The translations under genes were made by a program, and so were the position numbers. From a virus (taxonomy: Duplodnaviria; Caudoviricetes): a stretch of 40,361 nt of DNA. Position 1 is the stretch's first letter. Every line of letters begins with the position of its first letter. Shown one piece after another: positions 33,234-40,361 of the stretch. The notes below the pieces were generated by a model. The model had not been told where the DNA came from and searched no databases. It saw only the letters and a list, made by a program, of their open reading frames with translations. The stretch lies in the IMG/VR virus record IMGVR_UViG_3300026848_000007, positions 1-40,361 of that record. One strand, written 5' to 3'.

Positions 33234-33460
33234 GCACAAGGAAACTAGAGCAAATCAAGGATCAGGCACGACGCCTGTTATCAGAGGAAGGGTATTTAAC
33301 GGCTACACAACTCGCATCATTGTCGAGCCCGCCTGTCAGCTCTGCTTCTATGGCCATTGCGCTTAACCAGCTCTTTTCAGAAGGCGAGGTTCGCCACAGC
33401 CCCGGCAATGGCTGGACATTGGTTCACAGCGGAGGTGAAGGCGATGCAGTCGAGGCTTGA
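33230..33460 (+). CDS. Small winged-helix-like protein
   Basis: LTATQLA...MAIALNQLFSEGEV...GWTL. Confidence 0.55.
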   Translation: MSTRKLEQIKDQARRLLSEEGYLTATQLASLSSPPVSSASMAIALNQLFSEGEVRHSPGNGWTLVHSGGEGDAVEA

Positions 33461-33677
33461 GTCACTTCTTGAGGCCTTTGCCAATATTGGTACTGGCATG
33501 CTGGTTTCATTCACTCTGGGGATGATTGTTTACCCGTGGTTTGGCTTTAACGTCACACCGACTCAGAACGTCTGGATTGTCGTTATCTTCACCACCGTAT
33601 CGTTGCTGCGCTCTTACCTGTGGCGTCGCTGGTTTAACCGTCAACTCGTTCGGAGGGTTAGCCGTGGCCTCCGTTGA
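33444..33677 (+). CDS. Small two-transmembrane phage protein
   Basis: SD GGAGGT at 33431. MQSRLESLLEA.ANI..G...SLLRSYLWRRWFN. Confidence 0.75.
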   Translation: MQSRLESLLEAFANIGTGMLVSFTLGMIVYPWFGFNVTPTQNVWIVVIFTTVSLLRSYLWRRWFNRQLVRRVSRGLR

Positions 33678-36393
33678 AGAACTCAAGCAGCGTATTGACC
33701 TGCACGACTTAGCTAACCGTCTTGGCCTGTCCCGTCCGGGTGACCGTGGCAACTACCGCAGCCCGCACCATGACGACAAGTCTCCATCGCTGTCGATATT
33801 CGAAAAGGGTGGCGTCTGGCGCTGGAAGGACCATTCACAAGACACCGGCGGCAGCTGCATTGACCTGGTCTGTTACGTTAAGGAAATGGAAGTCGCCGAG
33901 GCGATTGTCTATCTCCATGACCTTTACGGCCTGCCTTTAGACCGTCAGAACAGCAATCAGCCACGTGAGCCTAAATCGCTTGCCGAGCATATCGCTGACA
34001 AGTGCTTCGAAAAAGCCGAAGAAGCAGTCCGTTACCTCACTGGTCGTGGCATTGGCGAAGACATTGTTCGCGCTGCTATCAAGCGTCGTGCTATTGGCTG
34101 GAATGATTGGACCAGTAACAAAATCGAACCCGGTAATTTCGGTCATGGCGGCCCAGCCTGTGCCTTTATCGTGCGTACTGTTAATCCGGGGCGCGTTGTC
34201 GCTGTGGATATGCGTTATGAAGATAAGGATCTGAACGGTGGCACTAAAACACAGTGTCAGGGCGAGAAGTACGGTTATGTCTGGTACAACGACCTGCAGG
34301 CGCTGAAAAAGGCGCACACCGTTTACGTGGTCGAGTCACCGATTAATGCCCTGTCTATCGAGACTGCTGGCCTTCGTGGCGTCGCTGCGGTTGCCGTTCG
34401 TGGTGTGAATGTCGCCCCGATTGACTGGTCATTCCTTAGCGGTAAAAAGGTGCTGCTTTGCTTCGACAACGATGAGCCGAATGAAAAAGGCCTTCGCCCG
34501 GGTGCGTCAGCGGCCTGGAAGCTGCACGAAATTCTGTTAGGCATGAATATCTCGTCGTTGTTGGTGGATCAGCTTGATTGGGAACACAACGACGTTAACG
34601 ATATTCTGCAGAAAGAAGGGCCGGAGGCTCTTATCTCTCATCTGAGAAAGATCGAGCCGTGGATTATTCCCGGTCTGCCGGGTAAAGAAAGCGTCGGTAA
34701 GTCTCGAGTCTATCTGCCGCCGCACGATTTCAGCCAGTACTGGCGTTACCGGGCGAAAGACGACTTCACCACCTTTGTAAAAGAGAAGAAAACCGAAAAG
34801 CAGGAAGACGGCTCTGAAGTAGAGCGTGAAGAATTTTCCGATCTCTCCGGCTTCCGTGTAGCGGGTATTTCACGTGTCACGATTGCCAGTGCAACGGCGA
34901 CCATGACCGGCGAAGAAGATGCCCAGCCGAACACCGTTTTCTCTGTATCAGTTCAAATGCCACGCCACGGTAATAAGCTGGTCAGACGGGTATTTGAAGA
35001 CGAAAAACTGCACAACCTCGACCAGTGGCGCAAGTTCGGGCCGGTATTCAATCAGTCTGCCTTTTCACGCATGGTGACACTCATGGAACGGGCTGCTGAT
35101 GTCGGTTCTCGTAATGCGGCGAACTTTGTCGGTTTGTGCTGGCGCGATGGAAAGCTTATTGTAAATGAAGGGCCGGACTGTTACTTCATGGATCCGGAGA
35201 AACAGTGCCCATATCACAATCTCACTTTTCCTTCGGGGTCGAACATGGATGGTCGACAAGTGTTAGAAGCCTATCAGCAAACCTTCGCCAGTAATGCGGC
35301 GTCGATGCTACTCGTCTGGGGCCTTGGTGGTCACCTGAAGACGTTGCTCGGCTTCTGGCCACATATGACACTGCAGGCCGATAAAGGCGCGGGTAAATCG
35401 ACCCTGATTAAACGCCTAGAGCGCTCGCTCGGTTTTACCATGTTCTCCGGTCAATCTCTGCAGACAGAGTTTCGTCTGCTGACATCCATATCGCACACGT
35501 CTCATCTGGTCGGCTGGGAAGAGCTCTCAGCGCGTCGCCAGGATGTGATCGATAAGGCTGTGGCCATGCTACAGGAAAACTATCAGTACACCGTCAGCCG
35601 TCGTGGATCTGACATGACGGAATATGTCCTATCAGCACCGGTTTTGCTTGCGGGTGAAGACGTGCCGGTGCGAAGCCTGACCGGGAAAATCGTTCGGACG
35701 GATCTGACTGGTAAGAAAGGGCCAATGATGCCCGAAGACCTGCCACGGTTCCCTGTGCGTCAGTGGCTGGGATTTCTATCTCAAAAGTCACGTTATGAAG
35801 TGACTGAAACCTACAAGAAAGCCAGACAGTTCTGCCTTGATAACTGCAGAGCAACCAAAGACGATAACGGTGCTCTGCGTATGGCCGGCAACTATGCCGC
35901 TGTGATGACTGCCTGGTCGCTACTTTGTGAGTTTGTCGATATCCCCGTCGAGTCAGGCAACTTTGTCCGTGACTGCCTGGCTGAAATGAACAGCCATATC
36001 AGCGAAACCAGCTCCGATCGTGAGCCGTGGGTCATGATTCTCGAAACCATCCTGTCTGAAATTGATAGCGGTAATTACCGCCATCCGTTCAAGTTCGACG
36101 AAGTGCGTCAGGTTGCCGGTGAAGATGGCCAGAACTGCCTGATCATCCGTACCAGTCACATTATGGACCATATCAGTCACACCCCTGCATTGCGTGAGAA
36201 GTGGAACTCGCTCTCGGTGAAATCTGACCGCGTATTCAAACGCCAATGCATACAGGCCGGGGTGATCTACAAGGACGACGTCGAGAAGGTCATAGGCACT
36301 AAGCGCGTCTGTCACATGGTCGCCTTCAACATCAAAGAACTACAGAAGTTCGGGCTCTATACCTCAGAGCCTGAGTATTACAACGTGCAATAA
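33664..36393 (+). CDS. DNA primase (CHC2-like plus TOPRIM) fused to P-loop helicase-like domain
   Basis: GTG 33664 with SD GGAGG. TOPRIM motifs VVESPINALS and CFDND, Walker A ADKGAGKST. Confidence 0.85.
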   Translation: MASVEELKQRIDLHDLANRLGLSRPGDRGNYRSPHHDDKSPSLSIFEKGGVWRWKDHSQDTGGSCIDLVCYVKEMEVAEAIVYLHDLYGLPLDRQNSNQPREPKSLAEHIADKCFEKAEEAVRYLTGRGIGEDIVRAAIKRRAIGWNDWTSNKIEPGNFGHGGPACAFIVRTVNPGRVVAVDMRYEDKDLNGGTKTQCQGEKYGYVWYNDLQALKKAHTVYVVESPINALSIETAGLRGVAAVAVRGVNVAPIDWSFLSGKKVLLCFDNDEPNEKGLRPGASAAWKLHEILLGMNISSLLVDQLDWEHNDVNDILQKEGPEALISHLRKIEPWIIPGLPGKESVGKSRVYLPPHDFSQYWRYRAKDDFTTFVKEKKTEKQEDGSEVEREEFSDLSGFRVAGISRVTIASATATMTGEEDAQPNTVFSVSVQMPRHGNKLVRRVFEDEKLHNLDQWRKFGPVFNQSAFSRMVTLMERAADVGSRNAANFVGLCWRDGKLIVNEGPDCYFMDPEKQCPYHNLTFPSGSNMDGRQVLEAYQQTFASNAASMLLVWGLGGHLKTLLGFWPHMTLQADKGAGKSTLIKRLERSLGFTMFSGQSLQTEFRLLTSISHTSHLVGWEELSARRQDVIDKAVAMLQENYQYTVSRRGSDMTEYVLSAPVLLAGEDVPVRSLTGKIVRTDLTGKKGPMMPEDLPRFPVRQWLGFLSQKSRYEVTETYKKARQFCLDNCRATKDDNGALRMAGNYAAVMTAWSLLCEFVDIPVESGNFVRDCLAEMNSHISETSSDREPWVMILETILSEIDSGNYRHPFKFDEVRQVAGEDGQNCLIIRTSHIMDHISHTPALREKWNSLSVKSDRVFKRQCIQAGVIYKDDVEKVIGTKRVCHMVAFNIKELQKFGLYTSEPEYYNVQ

Positions 36394-36410
36394 GCCATTA
36401 GGGGAAAGGT

Positions 36411-36725
36411 ATGTGCAAGGAAATTAATGAGCAAAGAGTGAAGCATGCAGCTCGTGTACTTGGTGTATCTGAGGACCATGAAATTGTGTTCCTGGCTAAC
36501 ACAGAGTTTCAGTTCATACGGGATTCAGAGCTTGTCATCGATGAGTTGCGGGATGACTGCGGAGAGCTTGATTTCACTCTGTTCAATGAAGATGAGGTCA
36601 TGGCCGCCGTTGAGTCAGCAAGCGTCACAGTAAAACTGCCAGATAACTTAAGAATCGTCGGGTTAGCAAAGCCAGACTCAGGCAAACGGGTTTATGGGGT
36701 AGTTGATTTTACCGGATTAGTTTAA
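36411..36725 (+). CDS. Hypothetical protein
   Basis: 104-aa ORF with purine-rich SD. Confidence 0.6.
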   Translation: MCKEINEQRVKHAARVLGVSEDHEIVFLANTEFQFIRDSELVIDELRDDCGELDFTLFNEDEVMAAVESASVTVKLPDNLRIVGLAKPDSGKRVYGVVDFTGLV

Positions 36726-36875
36726 GCGATTACGTGAGACCCCAGCCGGCGGAGGGGAGCAATATCACCGGCAGCATGGGCAGTTGACTCTCCACGAGTA
36801 ACACCTTCCAACTGTGACCATGCCGACTGGCCGGCGCAAGCGGCCAAACAAAAAACCAAACAAGGAGTTAAAGGT

Positions 36876-37058
36876 ATGTTGATTTTGACTAGAAGAGTAG
36901 GCGAGAGCCTGATTATTGGTGACGACGTGGTCGTGAATGTCCTCGGCGTTAAAGGTAACCAGGTTCGTATCGGCGTCGATGCACCGAAGGATGTGACCGT
37001 GCATCGAGAGGAAATTTACGACCGTATTCAAGCCGAAAAAGACCAACCAAACGATTAA
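36876..37058 (+). CDS. csrA: Carbon storage regulator CsrA/RsmA homologue
   Basis: [56 protein letters not shown]. Confidence 0.97.
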   Translation: MLILTRRVGESLIIGDDVVVNVLGVKGNQVRIGVDAPKDVTVHREEIYDRIQAEKDQPND

Positions 37059-37068
37059 GGGGTAAGCC

Positions 37069-37494
37069 ATGACAGTAGAAGTATTAGAACTCACCACTGA
37101 ACAGCGTGTAACAGAGCTGGAAAACCAACTTTACGCCATTCATATGGACCATAAATACAAACCGCACGACGAGAAAATCAAGCGGGTTACCTACGAGCAA
37201 TACGCTGAGGCCGTCGTCAAATTGTTCAAGCTGGCAAAAATGAATTGTGGTGGCTCGTATTACGCCGCGCAGGTGTTGCTGAGCTTATACAACGGCAGTG
37301 AGTTTCACGTCGATTTAGCCCATGTTGCCGGTGGTCTGGACGGTAATTATCTGGATGCTGTGCTTGTGGCCATTAAAGGGCGTGGGATTTTGATGAAAGA
37401 ACCTCATGAGGTCATCAAGGATGGTTCGGAACACTTCCGTAAGCTCTGGCGTAATTGGGAAAAAGAGCTTCATATCAATCATCGTTACCAGTGA
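37069..37494 (+). CDS. Conserved-type hypothetical phage protein
   Basis: GGS..AAQVLLSLYNG..F..DL...LD motif. Confidence 0.7.
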   Translation: MTVEVLELTTEQRVTELENQLYAIHMDHKYKPHDEKIKRVTYEQYAEAVVKLFKLAKMNCGGSYYAAQVLLSLYNGSEFHVDLAHVAGGLDGNYLDAVLVAIKGRGILMKEPHEVIKDGSEHFRKLWRNWEKELHINHRYQ

Positions 37495-37502
37495 GGGCGC
37501 AG

Positions 37503-37739
37503 ATGAAAAACAAATTGACTGATTTGAACGATTATCTGTTTCTCCAGTTAGAACGGTTAGATGACGAAGGCCTGAAAGGTGAAGATTTGAAGGCTGAAAT
37601 TGACCGAAGCAAGGCAATAACTGGTGTTGCTGAGAAAGTTATCGCCAATGCCAGTTTGGCACTGGAGGCTCAAAAGTTTAGGGTCGATTTTGGCGGAACT
37701 CCGCATTCTGATATGCCGAAGATGTTGGAGAACTCATGA
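37503..37739 (+). CDS. Small phage protein typically paired with HNH genes
   Basis: MKNKLTDLNDYLFLQLERLDDE..EIDRSKAI. ATG 37503 with GAGG SD. Confidence 0.75.
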   Translation: MKNKLTDLNDYLFLQLERLDDEGLKGEDLKAEIDRSKAITGVAEKVIANASLALEAQKFRVDFGGTPHSDMPKMLENS

Positions 37740-38341
37740 CTAGAAAAGACCTGTTGAGTATCACGCCTGAAATGCATGCTTACATCGAAAAGCGTGCAGC
37801 CATGCCACGTCGTCAGCTCAAGGACGAGCTTAACCGAGAGTTTGGGCTCAGCCTCAGCTATGAGCAGGTTAGGGGCTACTGCAAACGAAACAAAATCATG
37901 ACCGGAAGGGATGGTCGGTTCTATGAGGGACAAGCCAAAATACCCGGTTCGGGCGCCAAAGGGCCATCCAAAACATCGTTTGTAAAAGGGCAGAAGCCAT
38001 ATAACTATGCGCCGATAGGCAGCCTCAGGACTCATAGTGAGGGTTATCACCAGGTTAAAGTCACTGAGACAGGTTATCCCCCTCGCGATTGGGTGTTTGT
38101 TCATCGGCTGTTATGGGAGGAGCATAACGGCCCGATTCCACCTGGTCATAAAGTGCTGTTTATCGATGGCAACCCCGACAATATAACGATTGAGAATCTC
38201 ACAATGGTGAGCAACGGGGAACTCGCCGTTATCAATAAACGCCAGTATCGCTCAGTCATACCTGAGGCGCGTTTAGCGGCAATCAATCTGGGCAGGCTAA
38301 TTCACCGTATCGCCCAGCGAAGCAAGGCCGCTAATCAATGA
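37736..38341 (+). CDS. HNH endonuclease-signature protein
   Basis: VHRLLWEEHNGPIP.G..V.FIDGN..N....NL plus FVKGQKPYN. Confidence 0.85.
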   Translation: MTRKDLLSITPEMHAYIEKRAAMPRRQLKDELNREFGLSLSYEQVRGYCKRNKIMTGRDGRFYEGQAKIPGSGAKGPSKTSFVKGQKPYNYAPIGSLRTHSEGYHQVKVTETGYPPRDWVFVHRLLWEEHNGPIPPGHKVLFIDGNPDNITIENLTMVSNGELAVINKRQYRSVIPEARLAAINLGRLIHRIAQRSKAANQ

Positions 38342-38586
38342 TTTCGCGCCTCGAACCCCCTTCAAGTATGTCGGCGATTCGCCTGATCGGGACGTGCTAC
38401 ACCTGTGTGCGTTTTGCCTGCTTGCAGCCCAAACACGCTGAGCAGTTCCCGGACCAAGGTTGTCGTGAAGGTTGGACTAATGGCGAGGTTATCCAGGACA
38501 TCGATGAGCACTGGCCTTGCCCGGAGTGTGACGAGATTATATTTATCGAGACAGCCAGCCATCACCAGTGCGGAGAAGCTGCGTAG
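38338..38586 (+). CDS. Small Cys-rich protein
   Basis: CYTC and CPEC motifs, ATGA coupling. Confidence 0.5.
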   Translation: MISRLEPPSSMSAIRLIGTCYTCVRFACLQPKHAEQFPDQGCREGWTNGEVIQDIDEHWPCPECDEIIFIETASHHQCGEAA

Positions 38587-38723
38587 TGCTCGAGCGCTTT
38601 CTACCGACGGTCATCATCATTATTCAGGCGTGTTCTGCCGTGCCTTACTTTTACATCGGTGACTGGCGGAAGGGGCTGTATTGGGTGTTCGCTACGGGTT
38701 TGACGATCGTGGTGACGTATTGA
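38586..38723 (+). CDS. 45-aa membrane peptide (not in ORF track)
   Basis: GTG start overlaps the upstream TAG. VLERFLPTVIIIIQACSAVPYFYIGDWRKGLYWVFATGLTIVVTY. TGATG coupling downstream. Confidence 0.6.
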   Translation: MLERFLPTVIIIIQACSAVPYFYIGDWRKGLYWVFATGLTIVVTY

Positions 38724-38923
38724 TGTCTGGTACCGAGGAAATAACTGTCGAATCGGTAGGGGGAATCGACGTAGAACCCACGATAGAAATGTTGTTACCT
38801 CTCATAGGTAAGCATCTGGAAAGACAACAAGAATTAAAACAACAGAATGAACAAACAAGCCGCCATTTACCTACGATCGAGCAAGGACAGGAACGATGTC
38901 AGTATCGCCGCTCAGCGTCGTGA
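38723..38923 (+). CDS. Small protein overlapping the integrase start (candidate directionality factor)
   Basis: ATG coupled to the upstream stop, 77-nt overlap with the recombinase gene. Confidence 0.4.
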   Translation: MSGTEEITVESVGGIDVEPTIEMLLPLIGKHLERQQELKQQNEQTSRHLPTIEQGQERCQYRRSAS

Positions 38924-40361
38924 CCTGCAGGCGCTGGCCATGCAAAAAGGGCTTGTTATCGTCGAGGAGTTCAGCGACGCAGTAGAGTCGGGTAAGTCGG
39001 AGAATCGACCCGGCTTTCAGGCGTTATATTCAGCACTAAAATCAAATAACCGCGGCTGGGATTCGATTTTAATGTTGGACACCAGCCGGCTTTCTCGCCG
39101 GCAGTATATTTCCCACTTCTTCGAACACGAGGCTGAAAAGCAGGGTGTTCATATCATTTACAAAAGCTTCCCGGATGCAGACCCGATCAGCTCGATGATG
39201 CTGAAATCCATCCTGCAGGCGATGGATCAGTGGCATTCAATGATCAGCCGGCAGAAAGGTCTGGCCGGTATGGCCGAGAACGTAAAGCAGGGTTTTCGTG
39301 CTGGCGGTAGTGCACCTCGAGGCTATTCCCTCGAGAAAGTGACGACCGGTGCTGTTCGGGACGGTAAGCCGGTGACAAAGTCACGCCTGGTTAAAAATGA
39401 AGATGCATTTCTGATTGGTGAATATTTGAAAGGCCGTGCACAGGGCGTCGGTCGACGCATTCTGATTCGACGGCTCAATATTCCCTGGGCAGAATCGACC
39501 ATGATTTCCACTGAGTGGAATGCGTTGACCTATGCTGGCCATACGGTATGGAATGTTCATTCAGAACGGCACGAAGGCAAAGCCAAAGGCGGGAAGAAAC
39601 GCCGGCCTCGTGAAGAGTGGCAGATTAACAAGAACACGCACGATGCCATTATCAGCGAGGAAGAGGCGGAGATTATTCTGCGTCAGCTCGATATGAGCAA
39701 ACTGAGCAGCCCACGCAGAACGCCGGCGAAATACTTGCTGACAGGTATTCTGCAGGATAGTGACGGTCGTGCCTGGTTCGGTGATCAACGTAAATACTAT
39801 CGGTCACGTGATGGCCGTGGCATCCGGATCCGATGCGAACGGTTCGATAACGCCTTTATGAAGAAGCTGCAGAAGGATCTGTCGTCTGCATCCTTCGTTT
39901 CACAGCTCACACGCAAGGCAAAGCAGCTGGTCACCAAAAAACGCCAGTCAAAAGCGCCAATGCTCAAACGTGAGATTAACCAGGTTAACCAGAAGATCAC
40001 AAAGGTCATGGATCTCATGACCGAGTCCACCAATACAGCACCATTTATGAGGACGGTTCACGAGCTCGAAGACAAGCGGTCTCTGCTGCTTGAAAAGCTT
40101 CAGGAAGTGGAACGGGAAGACTTAGCCGTTAAATCTGTCCAGGAGTTGACAGAGTTCGACGTAAAACGCGCTCTGGATTCGTTGCTTAAGGAGCTGGAAA
40201 ACTCTGACCGTGAATCACTGAAAGACTTCATTCAGCGCGTGGTCAAACGGGTGGTGGTGGATGATGAAGAGAACACCAGAATGACGATACATTATCGTAT
40301 CGTCAGCCCTGGGTTTAGTTTGGCGTCCCCAAGGGGATTCGAACCCCTGTTACCGCCGTGA
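38847..40361 (+). CDS. int: Large serine recombinase (integrase)
   Basis: AAIYLRSS catalytic motif, ESG..NRPGF, DTSRLSR, recombinase domain and coiled coil. 504 aa. Confidence 0.93.
   Translation: MNKQAAIYLRSSKDRNDVSIAAQRRDLQALAMQKGLVIVEEFSDAVESGKSENRPGFQALYSALKSNNRGWDSILMLDTSRLSRRQYISHFFEHEAEKQGVHIIYKSFPDADPISSMMLKSILQAMDQWHSMISRQKGLAGMAENVKQGFRAGGSAPRGYSLEKVTTGAVRDGKPVTKSRLVKNEDAFLIGEYLKGRAQGVGRRILIRRLNIPWAESTMISTEWNALTYAGHTVWNVHSERHEGKAKGGKKRRPREEWQINKNTHDAIISEEEAEIILRQLDMSKLSSPRRTPAKYLLTGILQDSDGRAWFGDQRKYYRSRDGRGIRIRCERFDNAFMKKLQKDLSSASFVSQLTRKAKQLVTKKRQSKAPMLKREINQVNQKITKVMDLMTESTNTAPFMRTVHELEDKRSLLLEKLQEVEREDLAVKSVQELTEFDVKRALDSLLKELENSDRESLKDFIQRVVKRVVVDDEENTRMTIHYRIVSPGFSLASPRGFEPLLPP
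40321..40361 (-). tRNA. 3' half of tRNA-Glu(UUC), partial; att site
   Basis: Reverse complement TCACGGCGGTAACAGGGGTTCGAATCCCCTTGGGGACGCCA gives part of the anticodon loop, the T arm (GGTTCGAATCC), the acceptor strand and CCA, matching recalled enterobacterial tRNA-Glu. Confidence 0.9.

Larger units (their letters stand above)
1..40361. mobile_element. Temperate tailed phage (prophage), non-contractile tail, integrated at tRNA-Glu
   Basis: Packaging, head, lysis, tail, immunity, replication and recombinase modules are all present. No sheath gene recognised. tRNA 3' fragment at the right end. The left att site is not visible in the window. Confidence 0.95.

Noticed and set aside
33526-33663. 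TTG start giving a 955-aa primase
   Set aside because: It overlaps the 33444-33677 gene. GTG 33664 has a good SD and begins the primase domain.
36740-36850. Twister or hammerhead ribozyme in the csrA leader
   Set aside because: GGAGGG and TAACAC echo twister fragments, but the conserved core could not be assembled and there is no CTGANGA. Kept only as an unclassified structure.
37736-38341. HNH gene as an intron-encoded homing endonuclease
   Set aside because: It is translationally coupled to its neighbours and does not interrupt a gene. No intron structure seen.
1-40361. Mu-like transposable phage
   Set aside because: Mor-, Com-, MuF- and gpI-like genes are present, but no DDE transposase or MuB was seen. 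It has a primase and site-specific recombinases instead.

Overview
The window is a near-complete ~40 kb temperate siphovirus-type prophage, probably from a Gammaproteobacterium (E. coli-like tRNA-Glu fragment, CsrA homologue). Left to right: Mor/C-like late activator, terminase, portal, MuF head protein with a C-terminal HExxH metallopeptidase extension, a small accessory cluster, a fused protease-scaffold-capsid gene, a lysis cassette (L,D-transpeptidase-like putative endolysin, Rz with embedded Rz1, holin), neck and tail genes, a minus-strand repressor plus accessory operon, and a rightward early operon (RHH Cro-like protein, CII-like protein, short tyrosine recombinase, primase-helicase, CsrA, HNH protein). 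It ends in a large serine recombinase whose last 12 codons and stop are the antisense of a tRNA-Glu 3' half. The most interesting signal is non-coding. A 28-bp motif repeated three times marks putative late promoters. Two of these are followed by a leader of the form TAAAAGGTA-spacer-AAAAGCC-terminator. Both boxes are complementary, in order, to a 20-nt stretch (30521-30540) of a structured RNA between the cro-like and cII-like genes, suggesting an RNA-RNA link between the lysis-lysogeny switch and late-gene attenuation. All protein calls come from motif recognition by eye; no searches or folding programs were run.
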